Source: an archaeon (GTDB taxonomy: Archaea; Nanobdellota; Nanobdellia; Woesearchaeales; GW2011-AR15). Taken from it: a DNA stretch of 64,000 nt. The stretch is from assembly GCA_043826135.1 (NCBI GenBank), contig JBDRQT010000053.1, positions 4,266-68,265 of the forward strand, written 5' to 3'. Position numbers and translations under genes: made by a program. Every line of letters begins with the position of its first letter. Positions within the stretch are counted from its first letter, which is position 1. Shown here in pieces: positions 45,887 through 56,355 of this stretch. The notes under the pieces are model-generated. The model worked only from the letters and a program-made list of their open reading frames with translations, ran no database searches and was not told the origin of the DNA.

Positions 45887-46402
45887 ATGAACACAGATCT
45901 GGCAGATTATAGTTTGTACAATTTTCACAGAACCATAAAATTTAGAGGTATCTTTGATTTTGATGGTTTTTACAAATTTATGGTCAAATGGATTAAAGAT
46001 CATGATTTTGACTTCTACGAAACAAAGGTATGGGATTATCCGCCGTATAGGATTCATAAGCTAATGGGAAGGAAAAAAGTGAGTTTTTATTGCATGTTCT
46101 TGCTTCTGCCAGAAATCTGGGTTTGGGAAGCAAAACCAGTGGAGATCATAAAAAATGGAAGTACCCTGCATCTTACAGAAGGCCGCATGAAAGTTGTTAT
46201 AAATGGGGGATATATACTGGATTATGACGGAGATTTCGAAAAGGGTCCTGGTATGAAAAAAGTTGAGAAGTTTTTAATCGACAAATTAATGTATCATGAG
46301 AATCTTCTAAAATATTTTGATTACTTTGATTATTACCTCCATGATTATGTAACTGATGTCAAAAAATATCTGGAAATGGAAACAGCAAGTAACGCCTACT
46401 AG
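45887..46402 (+). CDS. Hypothetical protein, tandem paralog family member 2 (171 aa, divergent)
   Basis: Same size and position in the array. Weaker similarity (KFRGIFDFDGFYKFMVKWIKDHDF vs NYEGLFTMKDLFRIIDKYYRTKGF). Confidence 0.35.
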   Translation: MNTDLADYSLYNFHRTIKFRGIFDFDGFYKFMVKWIKDHDFDFYETKVWDYPPYRIHKLMGRKKVSFYCMFLLLPEIWVWEAKPVEIIKNGSTLHLTEGRMKVVINGGYILDYDGDFEKGPGMKKVEKFLIDKLMYHENLLKYFDYFDYYLHDYVTDVKKYLEMETASNAY

Positions 46403-46434
46403 CTTGCAATATTATTATAGGTAACCCAATAAAA

Positions 46435-46944
46435 ATGATGCGCGATGAGATTCAACATGTTGCGCTTGGAATGAGCGTAAACTATTCCGGACTTTTCAGA
46501 TATGTTGACCTTATGGCCATGATTGACACATTCTTCAAAAAGAAAGGTTACAGGAAACACATCATTAGCCATAATGAGGCTGTGAAAGATAAATTCAGAA
46601 ATGTTTCAATGCGTCTAAGACCATTTAAGCAGATCAAAGGCAACAAACTGGAGATACAAATGTGGCTAAATATTACTGAGATGGAGGATATTTCAAAAAA
46701 GATGGATAACTTAAATGTGAATATGAACAAGGGCAAGGTGAGTATAGTAATTGACTGCTTTGTCCTTACGGATGTTCGAGGAAAATGGGAAGCTCGCGCA
46801 GAATACACATTTATCAGGACCATATTTGATAAACTTCTGTTCCGTTCTAAATCTAAAGACCTTGAAGGTATGGTAAAAAGTGACAGTGTTGAACTCAAAG
46901 ATGAGCTTCAGAGCTTTTTAAATCTTAACAAGTTCCTTTTCTGA
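46435..46944 (+). CDS. Hypothetical protein, tandem paralog family member 3 (169 aa)
   Basis: VNYSGLFRYVDLMAMIDTFFKKKGYRKHII and the C-terminal LNLNKFLF align with member 1. Confidence 0.4.
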   Translation: MMRDEIQHVALGMSVNYSGLFRYVDLMAMIDTFFKKKGYRKHIISHNEAVKDKFRNVSMRLRPFKQIKGNKLEIQMWLNITEMEDISKKMDNLNVNMNKGKVSIVIDCFVLTDVRGKWEARAEYTFIRTIFDKLLFRSKSKDLEGMVKSDSVELKDELQSFLNLNKFLF

Positions 46945-46988
46945 TAAGTATTTAAACTGAAATATATTTAATAATTAAAGGTGATAAA

Positions 46989-47975
46989 ATGGCAGATTCC
47001 GGAAATATGATGCAAGTTCTGAAAAAATTCCCTGAAATGATAAATGAAGCAACTGAACTGGTTGATGATACTACAATAAACAAAGAATTCATTGAAAATA
47101 TTATTATTACGGGGATGGGCGGCTCAGGCTATACAGGTGATTTGCTGAAGGTATACCTACAGGATTTGCCAATCCAGCTGCATGTTGTGAAGGATTATGT
47201 TCTGCCTCCATATGCGACTCGAAAAAGCCTTGTATTTGTCATTTCCTACTCAGGAAATACCGAAGAGACAATATCCGCTTACCGGACAGCAGTAAGAAGG
47301 GGATGCAAGGTTGTCTCTGTGTCATCCGGCGGCAAGCTTTTTGATCTTGCCAAGCTCAATAAAAATTATCATATTGAAGTTCCAAAGAATATCCAACCCA
47401 GACTTTCGACGCCTTACCTTTTCATATCAATTCTCAAAGTCTTGCAACAGGCAGGAATTGTTGATGAACAAGATAGAATTATCAAGGATTGTGTAAATTA
47501 TCTTGAAACCAATCAAAACACTATTGAACAAAAATCAAAGGAACTTGCAAAGAAACTGAAAGGGTATGTCCCAATCATCTATTCTTCTCAAAAAATGTTC
47601 TGCATCGCTGAAAAATGGAAAACTGATATAAACGAAAATGCAAAAGTTCATGCATTCTACAATACTTTCTCTGAATTCAACCATAATGAAATATGCGCCT
47701 ACGAGCATTCCCAGGCTCTGTTTCATGTCATAATCATCAGCGACATACAGGACCATGAAAGGATCAAGAAGAGGATTCAAGTCTTTAAAAAAGTAGTCAA
47801 AAAATACAAGGTTGATGTTACTGAAATTGCGCTAGGCCAGGACAGCATGCTCACTAGGCTATTCTCAGCAATACTTATGGGGTTATATCTGGGGTATTTC
47901 CTTGCATTAGAGTACAAGATAGATCCGACACCAGTGGAGATTATTGAAAATCTGAAAAAAGAACTTGGTAAATGA
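46989..47975 (+). CDS. Bifunctional phosphoglucose/phosphomannose isomerase (SIS domain, archaeal PGI/PMI family)
   Basis: IIITGMGGSGYTGD SIS-domain motif, VISYSGNTEET. About 320 aa, typical of archaeal PGI/PMI. Preceded by AATAATTAAAGGTGA. Confidence 0.65.
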   Translation: MADSGNMMQVLKKFPEMINEATELVDDTTINKEFIENIIITGMGGSGYTGDLLKVYLQDLPIQLHVVKDYVLPPYATRKSLVFVISYSGNTEETISAYRTAVRRGCKVVSVSSGGKLFDLAKLNKNYHIEVPKNIQPRLSTPYLFISILKVLQQAGIVDEQDRIIKDCVNYLETNQNTIEQKSKELAKKLKGYVPIIYSSQKMFCIAEKWKTDINENAKVHAFYNTFSEFNHNEICAYEHSQALFHVIIISDIQDHERIKKRIQVFKKVVKKYKVDVTEIALGQDSMLTRLFSAILMGLYLGYFLALEYKIDPTPVEIIENLKKELGK

Positions 47976-48041
47976 TATTTATAAGGTAAAGTTCATCGTA
48001 TCTCAATAAAGGTTATATATGCCCAGTGCATCCTTTTCAAT

Positions 48042-49115
48042 ATGACTGTAGAAGTTTCTGTAATACTGCCATGCAGGGATGAAGAACTTACGCTGGAGAA
48101 ATGCATTAGGCAGATTAAGGCGGTATTTAAGAACGAGAATATTTCAGGGGAGATAATTGTTTCTGACTCTTCAGGGGATAGGAGTCCTCAGATTGCACGA
48201 GAGAATAATGTAATTCTTGTCAAACATGATGAAAAAGGCTATGGCAATGCAATACTTAAAGGGATTGAAAAATCCAGCGGTAAATTAATAGTAATAGGTG
48301 ACGCAGATGCCACTTATGATTTTTCTGAGATGCCCTTGCTTCTCCGAAAACTGAAAAATTGTGATTTGGTTGTTGGGACCAGAATGCGTGGCAGAATAGA
48401 CAAAGGGGCAATGCCACTACATCACAGATGGTTTGGAAATCCTATCCTCTCATTTATTTTGAACACATTTTTTCATACAAATCTGTCTGACACTCACTCT
48501 GGATTTAGAGCGATCAGAAAAAATAAACTAAAAAAATTGGACCTGAAATCATCCGGAATGGAATTTGCCTCAGAAATGATAATAAAAGCTGCCAAATCAA
48601 ACCTCAAAATATCCGAAGTTCCCATATCTTATCATGTTAGACATGGTTCATCCAAATTAAGGAGTATAAGTGATGGTTGGAGGCATTTAAGATTTATGCT
48701 TATGCTTACACCCACGTACCTATTTTTTGTTCCTGGATTATTATTAATGTTAACAGGATTAACACTGATGGGACTAACCCAATTGCATTTTTTTCCGAGA
48801 TTTGAACTGGTCGGTATGTCCCTAAGCATAATTGGTTTTCAGGTGGTTACTTTAGGGCTGTTTTCAAAGATTTATTCAATCCATACAGGATTTGAAAAGG
48901 ATGACTGGTTCATTGATTTTCTTGCAAAGAAGATTACACTGGAAAGAGGTATTCTAATTGCAGGATTGATGATACTTACCGGAATCATCGGATTTTTGCC
49001 ACCATTTCGAAGCATTGTTTCAGAAATCGCACTTATCACCTTGATAATTCTGGGAATACAATTTTTTTTCTCTGCATTTTTTACGAGCATCATGCTCGTG
49101 GAAAAGATAAAATGA
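48042..49115 (+). CDS. Glycosyltransferase family 2 with C-terminal TM helices (DPM synthase / GtrB-like)
   Basis: VSVILPCRDEE, IVSDSSGD, DADATYD (DxD). C-terminal hydrophobic segments. Confidence 0.7.
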   Translation: MTVEVSVILPCRDEELTLEKCIRQIKAVFKNENISGEIIVSDSSGDRSPQIARENNVILVKHDEKGYGNAILKGIEKSSGKLIVIGDADATYDFSEMPLLLRKLKNCDLVVGTRMRGRIDKGAMPLHHRWFGNPILSFILNTFFHTNLSDTHSGFRAIRKNKLKKLDLKSSGMEFASEMIIKAAKSNLKISEVPISYHVRHGSSKLRSISDGWRHLRFMLMLTPTYLFFVPGLLLMLTGLTLMGLTQLHFFPRFELVGMSLSIIGFQVVTLGLFSKIYSIHTGFEKDDWFIDFLAKKITLERGILIAGLMILTGIIGFLPPFRSIVSEIALITLIILGIQFFFSAFFTSIMLVEKIK

Positions 49116-50872
49116 AAAAACTGTTTTTTGCACTGATATTCATCATGATTTATTTGGTGGCAAAACCGCTACTTTTATTTATAGTTCCTGGTATTTTTGT
49201 CTGGAAATTATTTCCAAAAAAAGAAAATTCAGAGAAAGCCATATATGTTGCATTCATTTCCATAAGCTTTTGGATAGTTTCATTTTGGATACTTAAAATC
49301 CTGCCTATCAGCATGCTTGACTTTTTTAATATTGTAATTGCACTATGTTTTTGTTCACTCTTGATTTGGTATCCAATGATATCATTTAAAAAAAGAGATC
49401 TCATTATAATTGGAATATTTTTCATAATAATCATTGCCAGATGTTTGCCTTTTATCATGGGTCATTTTCCCAGCGGAGCTGATACAAGTTTTCATGTGCT
49501 TACTACAAAAACCATTGTTACCACGAATGGTTTTCCGGAAAAATATAGCATCATACCACTTCCATTTGGTGGTTATCCGATAGGTTTCCACATTTTCTCT
49601 GCTTATATATCTCTGGTCTCAGGAATCCCGGAGTACAAATCAGTGCTGCTTCTCTCAAATTTATCATACGCTCTTCTGTCGCTTGCTGTATTCGTGTTTC
49701 TAAGAAGATATTTTTCTGATACCATTTCACTTGCTGGCGCTGCGCTGGTTCCGCTGATCGCAAATAACCCACAATTCTTCATATCATGGGGAGGTAACCC
49801 TTTTGTATTCTCTCTTTCAATACTTTTTGTGGGAATTTCGCTTCTTGAGGATAAAAAATTAATTTCGCTCGCAGATAGCCTTGTAATCGGACTAGTATTT
49901 TGCGCATCATTTATCGCGCATCTTACTCCGGCCTATGTTTATCTGTATATTTACTTAATCTGGTACATCTATAGTAAGAAATATTTGATTAGATCTTCGC
50001 TAAAATCACACCTAGTTCTGGCACTAATCTGCATCTTGCTTCTGATGCCGTTTATACTTTCTTATGAAACAAGAATATCACCTGATGAAATTACATTTAG
50101 TGAAGAACGGCAGGACACAAAATTCCTGTCTTGGAAAGGAACCTGGCAAGATTCGGTGTTGACAATCCCAAATTTCATAAATTATCTTTTCGGACCAATA
50201 TTAATTACATTCTGTCTTTTGGGCCTATTATTTATGTTCACAGGGAAAAAACTATTGTCAAAAATAGTTGTGTATTTCAGCGTTATATTCATCCTGATTC
50301 TCAGTTCCAGGTATAAGTTCATACCTATATCGGATGTACTGTTCTCAGAAAGGACTGCGATGATTCTGCTTTTGCCCTTATCAATATTGTTTTGTGAGTT
50401 TCTTGCAAATATTACAAACAGAAAATTAACACGTAATTTATTTCCGGATAGCAAACTTGCTATGCCTGTTCTTCTTTCAATTGTTATCGCCTATCTGTTT
50501 TTCGTATCAGCAACAAATTATCAGCACTATCTTAGGATATCTGACACCTACAGTATGGTTACACCCGATGATCTTGACGCGTTCTCATGGATCTTGAATA
50601 ATACTGATAGCACTGATTATTTTATAACAAATTATGGCGATGCTGGTCTTTGGCTGCCAGTTCTGACAGATAGGCCTGCACTTCAGATGCAGCTGCCTCC
50701 TATGTATTTAGATGAATTCAATGAATTCCAAGAAAAACAGGTATCGAAATATATCTTCTTCGGCAGTAAAAAAGTATATGAATGCGACCTTAGAATTGAA
50801 GATTATAAATCAGATGAATATGAAATTGTTTACTCAAAAAAAGGTGTTACAATATTCAAAATAAAGCAATGA
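49112..50872 (+). CDS. Polytopic membrane protein, candidate GT-C-type glycosyltransferase
   Basis: 586 aa with more than 10 TM helices. N-terminal loop HFPSGADTSFH. Translationally coupled (4-nt overlap) between two GT2 genes. Family assignment tentative. Confidence 0.4.
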   Translation: MKKLFFALIFIMIYLVAKPLLLFIVPGIFVWKLFPKKENSEKAIYVAFISISFWIVSFWILKILPISMLDFFNIVIALCFCSLLIWYPMISFKKRDLIIIGIFFIIIIARCLPFIMGHFPSGADTSFHVLTTKTIVTTNGFPEKYSIIPLPFGGYPIGFHIFSAYISLVSGIPEYKSVLLLSNLSYALLSLAVFVFLRRYFSDTISLAGAALVPLIANNPQFFISWGGNPFVFSLSILFVGISLLEDKKLISLADSLVIGLVFCASFIAHLTPAYVYLYIYLIWYIYSKKYLIRSSLKSHLVLALICILLLMPFILSYETRISPDEITFSEERQDTKFLSWKGTWQDSVLTIPNFINYLFGPILITFCLLGLLFMFTGKKLLSKIVVYFSVIFILILSSRYKFIPISDVLFSERTAMILLLPLSILFCEFLANITNRKLTRNLFPDSKLAMPVLLSIVIAYLFFVSATNYQHYLRISDTYSMVTPDDLDAFSWILNNTDSTDYFITNYGDAGLWLPVLTDRPALQMQLPPMYLDEFNEFQEKQVSKYIFFGSKKVYECDLRIEDYKSDEYEIVYSKKGVTIFKIKQ

Positions 50873-51546
50873 TTGCTGTGATAATTCCTTGTCTTAATGA
50901 AGAAGGCTCAATAGGTAATGTAATTATATCTGCAAGATATGCGTTGAAAAAGTCAAATCTTAAGAGTAAAATAATTGTTGTGGATGATTTCTCAGATGAT
51001 GCGTCCCTGACCAAAATTACAGAGGCTGATATAATTATTCCTCTCAAGGAAAGGATGCCTGTAGCTGAGGTAATTAAAGTTGGAATAAATGAAGCAATGA
51101 AGCTGAAGCCAGATATAATCATTCATATGGACGCTGACGGACAGCATAATCCAGAAGATATTCCGAAATTAATCAATCCTATTAGTGAAGGAAAAGCAGA
51201 TATGGTCATAGGAAGCAGGTTTCTTTGCAAAAATAAGATATCGCATCGAGCTGAAAATCTGATATTGACAAGACTAGTGAACATGATCGCAAAAACGCAC
51301 CTTACTGACACCCAAAGTGGTTTTCGGGCTATAAGATATAATATTCTTCAAAAGATCCCATTAATATCTAAGTTTACGTATACTCAGGAAGAAGTTATCA
51401 AAGCAGCAAGATTAGGATGCCGGATAAAAGAAATTCCAATTAAAGTGCTTAGCAGGAAGCATGGCAGGAGCAGAATATCCGGCAATACCTTGAATTATGC
51501 AGCAAAAGCCGGCTTTGACTTGATAAGGATAATGCTAAATAATTAA
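50869..51546 (+). CDS. Glycosyltransferase family 2
   Basis: IAVIIPCLNEEGSIG, VVDDFSDD, HMDADGQH (DxD), SQSGFRAI. Confidence 0.7.
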   Translation: MIAVIIPCLNEEGSIGNVIISARYALKKSNLKSKIIVVDDFSDDASLTKITEADIIIPLKERMPVAEVIKVGINEAMKLKPDIIIHMDADGQHNPEDIPKLINPISEGKADMVIGSRFLCKNKISHRAENLILTRLVNMIAKTHLTDTQSGFRAIRYNILQKIPLISKFTYTQEEVIKAARLGCRIKEIPIKVLSRKHGRSRISGNTLNYAAKAGFDLIRIMLNN

Positions 51547-51571
51547 AAGCAGCTCAATTTACTAAAGTATC

Positions 51572-52708
51572 ATGAAGATTGCCATTGTATACGATCTTAT
51601 TTACCCTTTTTCCATCGGAGGCGCTGAATGGCGTAATTTTTCACTGGCAAAAGAACTTGTGCTAAGGGGACATGAAGTCCATTTGTATGGCACTAGAATG
51701 TGGAAGGGAAATAACACAATAAAAATAGCTGATAGATTTTTTGCTCATGGTATATACTCTTATTCAGGCAAATATGGATTTGGAGGGAAACGGAAAGCGC
51801 TCGAGCCTCTTATCTATTCATTGCATCTGTTTTTTGAACTGTTGAAAAGGGACTACGATATCATTGATGTTTCTTCATTCCCATATTTTCCTGCTTTAGC
51901 ATGCAAGGCCGCATCATTTTTTAGTCGAACACCTGTAATAGTGACATGGCACGAAGTTTGGGATACTTATTGGAGAACTTACAACCGAGGAATGATTGGG
52001 ATAATCGGTCAAATGGTTGAAAAATTTCTTGCGGCCCTATCCAATAAAAATATTGCAGTATCTAAATCAACAAGGCAACGACTTCTTCAATTTCGATGCA
52101 AATCCGTTCTAATAGAGAACTGGGTTGATTACAAAGAGATTGAAAAATTCCGTAACGATAAAAAGATTTATGATATGGTTTCGGTAGGACGGCATTTGAA
52201 ACACAAAAATATTGGAATGATGCTGAGAATTTGCTCTGCTCTCAGTGTGCATAGTCCGAAGTTCAGAGCACTTATCATAGGAGAAGGTCCTGAAACACTT
52301 AATCTGCTGCAGATGAAGCATTCTCTAAAACTTGACAATGTTGAGATAATCAGCTTTACAAAAAACAAAAAGAAGCTATACGAATATATATCAAGCGCAA
52401 AAATTTTTGTACTTGCTTCTGAACTCGAAGGATTCAGCATCGTATCATTTGAAGCAATGGCTCTTGGCCTGCCTGTTATCACAATTGATGCAGCTAGAAA
52501 TGGCCTGACAGACTATATAATTGATGGTTACAATGGTTTTGTCTGCCATAAGAACGAGAGCATAATTGCATCAAAGATTGAGCTTCTTCTCAAAGACAAA
52601 AAACTCTTGAGCAAAGTGAGCATAAATTCGCAAGATTTTGCAAAAGGATTTGATATAAAATCAAAAGTTGAGTTAATAGAACAAGAATACAAAAAACTTG
52701 CAAAATGA
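51572..52708 (+). CDS. Glycosyltransferase family 4 (GT-B fold)
   Basis: EGFSIVSFEAMALGLPVITID matches the GT1/GT4 E-x7-E-like motif. N-terminal IAIVYD...FSIGGAE. Confidence 0.7.
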   Translation: MKIAIVYDLIYPFSIGGAEWRNFSLAKELVLRGHEVHLYGTRMWKGNNTIKIADRFFAHGIYSYSGKYGFGGKRKALEPLIYSLHLFFELLKRDYDIIDVSSFPYFPALACKAASFFSRTPVIVTWHEVWDTYWRTYNRGMIGIIGQMVEKFLAALSNKNIAVSKSTRQRLLQFRCKSVLIENWVDYKEIEKFRNDKKIYDMVSVGRHLKHKNIGMMLRICSALSVHSPKFRALIIGEGPETLNLLQMKHSLKLDNVEIISFTKNKKKLYEYISSAKIFVLASELEGFSIVSFEAMALGLPVITIDAARNGLTDYIIDGYNGFVCHKNESIIASKIELLLKDKKLLSKVSINSQDFAKGFDIKSKVELIEQEYKKLAK

Positions 52709-53625
52709 TATCATTCATAATACCTTATTACAATAGTTACGTAACACTAATAAAGACCTTGGATTCAATTTATTCATGCAAAATAAAAAAATATTTTGAA
52801 GTCATAATTGTTGATGATGGATCAACCGATGGCAGTGTTTTAAAAATAAAAAAATTGTACCCTAGGACGATTATTGTCAGGCAGGCACATTCTGGCGGAG
52901 CAAAAGCCAGAAACACCGGAATTAAAAGAGCAAAATATGAAAAGCTATTTTTTATGGATAGCGATGTTTCAATTGATGAAGGTTCCTTTAAAAAAATTAT
53001 TGGTGCTTTGACAGCAAATCATGACATCGCCTTTCCTCAGATAATATATGAAGATGGAATGATAATGTATCCTGCCAAGCTAAGCGAAGAACGTTATCCT
53101 GGTATTAGCGCATGCTTTGCCATCAATAAATCTTCTCTGGCTAAACTTGATGGGCTGTTTGACGAATATTATAATACTTATCTAGAAGATTATGATTTTT
53201 TCGCAAGATGCAAACTCGCTGGTCTTACTGCTGAATATGTAAAATATGCTGTTGCAGTTCATTTGCTAAAATCCGAAAGAGATTTCACCTCCAGATTTTA
53301 TCTTGAATTCAAAAACCTTGTGTACGGTTATATCAAATTCTCTAAATATCCGGAAAAGTTATATAATCCTTTTACACCATTCAATATATTTAAGGCATCA
53401 ATCTGTTCTCTGTTCAATTTCGCATGGTTTAACTGGCAAGGATATCCAAGAACCTCATCTATTGGCAAATTAAGAGTCATTATTCTTAGAAAAAACAAGA
53501 TATCAAATAATTGGTTTGCTCTCCAGTCAACTTTTTTCAAAGCTGCAGCAACCTTAATTTCTGACAGGAAAAAAATAATGAGAAAAAAACAAAAATTCAG
53601 TCGCTGGTGCCAAGGAATCTGTTGA
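52705..53625 (+). CDS. Glycosyltransferase family 2
   Basis: ISFIIPYYNS, IIVDDGSTDGS, FMDSDV (DxD). Confidence 0.65.
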   Translation: MISFIIPYYNSYVTLIKTLDSIYSCKIKKYFEVIIVDDGSTDGSVLKIKKLYPRTIIVRQAHSGGAKARNTGIKRAKYEKLFFMDSDVSIDEGSFKKIIGALTANHDIAFPQIIYEDGMIMYPAKLSEERYPGISACFAINKSSLAKLDGLFDEYYNTYLEDYDFFARCKLAGLTAEYVKYAVAVHLLKSERDFTSRFYLEFKNLVYGYIKFSKYPEKLYNPFTPFNIFKASICSLFNFAWFNWQGYPRTSSIGKLRVIILRKNKISNNWFALQSTFFKAAATLISDRKKIMRKKQKFSRWCQGIC

Positions 53626-55492
53626 TATCTCCTTCCATAAATGTTTTGTTCCAAAGAATAAAATTAGTGAGGGTCCAGAGCTGCCTTGAATAATACAAAT
53701 TTGTGAGACTATTTAGTTTTAGTAATTTCGAAGAAATGAATCTTTTATGATTAAGGAGATCAGAGACATACTCCTTCTTAAAATATCTCCTGACTGTCTC
53801 CGCCTCTTCTGAAAAAAGCTGTTCTGCATATTCCTTATATCCCCTGTCCATCCAATTGTCTGTCGGCACCAGAAATCTCTGCTTTTTTCTCCTTATGATG
53901 TTTTGCGGCAGAATATCTTTTAATGATTCTCTTATGATTGATTTATCTTCCCATCCTTTGATCTTGTATTTCAAGGGGAGTGATGCGGCAAATTCAGCTA
54001 TCCGATGGTCACAATATGGCACGCGGCCTTCCACTGAGCTTGCCATGGTCATCTTATCATATTTTACAAGCATATTGTCAGGAAGGAATGTAATAATATC
54101 GTGATAGCTCATCTTACTCAGTGGTGAGTGGGCATGCATGAACACCTTGTGCATTCTTTTCTCGACGCGCGGCAAATCAATGGCACCCATAATAGAATCA
54201 TTCACAACTTTCTTTTTTTCGCTCGTGCCAAAAACTGATATAAGGGCATGATAAGATTTTTCCTGCGAATTGTCAGGTGAGATAAAATCCTTAAGTTTCA
54301 TAAAAAACGGCTCATTTGATTTTTTAGTGGCTTCATACACACATGTTCTGAAAATTTTCGGTAATTTAGAGTAATATTCATGCAATTTCATGAGCTTATA
54401 TTGTTCATACCCGCAAAATAATTCATCTGCTCCGTCTCCATTTATTAGTACTTTTACATATCTTGATGCTTTTTTTGAAAGAATATAGTTCGGGATAGAT
54501 GTAGGGTCTGCAATAGGTTCATCCAAATACCAGGTTATTTTTTGCAGATGCTTTATGCTGTCAGGTCCAATAGTAATTTCATGATGCCGGGTCCCAAATT
54601 CTTCAGAAATTTGTCTTGCTAAGTCAAACTCATTATTAAATCCTTCATCAAAACCTGCAGTAAATGTATCTATCTCCTGACTATTATCCATCATTCCAAC
54701 TACAGAACTTGAATCAAGCCCTCCTGAAAGAAGTACTCCGATAGGGACGTCACTGATTGAAACATCCTCTGTTGATTGTTTTAATAACTCTTTAAATCTC
54801 TTCACATAAAAATCTCTGTTGTAGTTGGTAATTTCAAAATTCAGTTCCCAATAACGCTTTACATCCAGAATATTGTTTGCAAACCTTAGATAATGACCAG
54901 GCAGTAGCTTTAAAATGTTTTTCAGCATTGTTTTTTGCCCAGTACAATATCTATAAGTGAGATAATCATTAAGAGCAGGGTAATTAACATGCTTAATGAG
55001 TTCATCATACGCAAGTATTGCTTTTATCTCTGAAGCAAATATAAACACATTGGAATCATGATAATAATACAAAGGTTTTATTCCAAGCCTGTCTCTTGCA
55101 ATGTAAATTTCTTTAGTGTTCTTATTATAAATGACGAAAGCAAACATTCCAGTAATATGTAATGCGCAGCTGTAGCCATACTCTTCGTAAAGATGCAATA
55201 CTACTTCTGTATCTGAATCTGTCTGGAATTTATGGCCTTTCTCCTGCAGCCTCTCTCTGAGTTCCTTATAATTATAGACCTCTCCATTAAAGAAAAGAAC
55301 AAGCGACCCATCCTCGCTTTCCATCGGCTGGTTTCCACCCTCAAGATCAATTATTGATAACCGAGTATAGCCAATCGTCATATTATCATCCTGAAAGACT
55401 GCGTCGTGGTCAGGTCCACGATGATGCAACAGCTTTTTCATGCTAATAGCTAAGTTTGCATCACTAAAATTAAACCCAAAAATCCCACACAT
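53597..55492 (-). CDS. asnB: Asparagine synthase (glutamine-hydrolysing)
   Basis: N-terminal MCGIFGF (Ntn Cys nucleophile), RGPD, PP-loop SGGLDSS, about 630 aa. Confidence 0.8.
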   Translation of the reverse strand: MCGIFGFNFSDANLAISMKKLLHHRGPDHDAVFQDDNMTIGYTRLSIIDLEGGNQPMESEDGSLVLFFNGEVYNYKELRERLQEKGHKFQTDSDTEVVLHLYEEYGYSCALHITGMFAFVIYNKNTKEIYIARDRLGIKPLYYYHDSNVFIFASEIKAILAYDELIKHVNYPALNDYLTYRYCTGQKTMLKNILKLLPGHYLRFANNILDVKRYWELNFEITNYNRDFYVKRFKELLKQSTEDVSISDVPIGVLLSGGLDSSSVVGMMDNSQEIDTFTAGFDEGFNNEFDLARQISEEFGTRHHEITIGPDSIKHLQKITWYLDEPIADPTSIPNYILSKKASRYVKVLINGDGADELFCGYEQYKLMKLHEYYSKLPKIFRTCVYEATKKSNEPFFMKLKDFISPDNSQEKSYHALISVFGTSEKKKVVNDSIMGAIDLPRVEKRMHKVFMHAHSPLSKMSYHDIITFLPDNMLVKYDKMTMASSVEGRVPYCDHRIAEFAASLPLKYKIKGWEDKSIIRESLKDILPQNIIRRKKQRFLVPTDNWMDRGYKEYAEQLFSEEAETVRRYFKKEYVSDLLNHKRFISSKLLKLNSLTNLYYSRQLWTLTNFILWNKTFMEGDINRFLGTSD

Positions 55493-55546
55493 GATTATTC
55501 AAATTGAAAAATTAATTATAAAGTTATGTGTTAAAGAAAGAAAAAA

Positions 55547-56347
55547 TTATATTTTTCTTTTTGTCATTTGTTTCTTTTTGGAAGGCGCAGCTTTCGGCTT
55601 TTTGGCAGATTTGGATTTTTTGCCAGGCTTCTTCAGGTCTTTTTCAAGCTTGCTGAGCTCTTTTTCTATGCTCCTGAAATCATCTTTTGATTTCTTGACT
55701 CTTGCCTTCTTTGTTGATTTCTTTGGCTTCTTCTTTGACTTTCTTCTTTGTGTAGTCTCTTTCATAGTCACTATTCGAACAGGCTTGATTATGTGAGTCG
55801 TCTCTACTACCTGGATTGACTTATTCTTGGTTGAGCCACCAGCGCCCTGCGGTCCCTCCGGAGATGCCACCGGCTCTTTCTGGTCAATATCGCCTTTCTT
55901 AATGTGTCCGGTGTATTTCAGAGTGTCCTCTATTATCATCGCTATCATCTTGTTGTCTTTCCAGCCCCTGGACAAAAGGTTCTGCTTTATCTGAGATGGC
56001 GCCATGTTCTTTGACAGCGCCCATAATGTGTAGTTCTGTATCTTGTATAGATCAGGCGCTAGCCTCTTCAAATATATCGTGTCTGTATCCTCCTCAAGGT
56101 CCGCTATCCCCTTCTGGAACTCAAGCAGGTTCCCTGCTTCCTTCTCCTCAAAACGCTTGATCTCATCAATGTCACTCATCTGATCATGCTCCATGCGTTC
56201 CAGCTCTTCCAGGTCTTTCTGCTCTTCTACTGTCAGCTTCTGAAGCTTCTGAAGCTGCATCAGTATCATCACAAGAAAAAATAAGAAAACTAATACCAGA
56301 ACTAAAAATAGCTCCGGCAGTGGCAGATTTATTCCGAAAATTAACAT
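55547..56347 (-). CDS. Membrane-anchored coiled-coil protein with Lys-rich basic C-terminal tail
   Basis: N-terminal TM helix, acidic coiled-coil, C-terminal KSKKKPKKSTKKARVKKSK...KKPKAAPSKKKQMTKRKI. Confidence 0.4.
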   Translation of the reverse strand: MLIFGINLPLPELFLVLVLVFLFFLVMILMQLQKLQKLTVEEQKDLEELERMEHDQMSDIDEIKRFEEKEAGNLLEFQKGIADLEEDTDTIYLKRLAPDLYKIQNYTLWALSKNMAPSQIKQNLLSRGWKDNKMIAMIIEDTLKYTGHIKKGDIDQKEPVASPEGPQGAGGSTKNKSIQVVETTHIIKPVRIVTMKETTQRRKSKKKPKKSTKKARVKKSKDDFRSIEKELSKLEKDLKKPGKKSKSAKKPKAAPSKKKQMTKRKI

Positions 56348-56355
56348 CTAATCAC

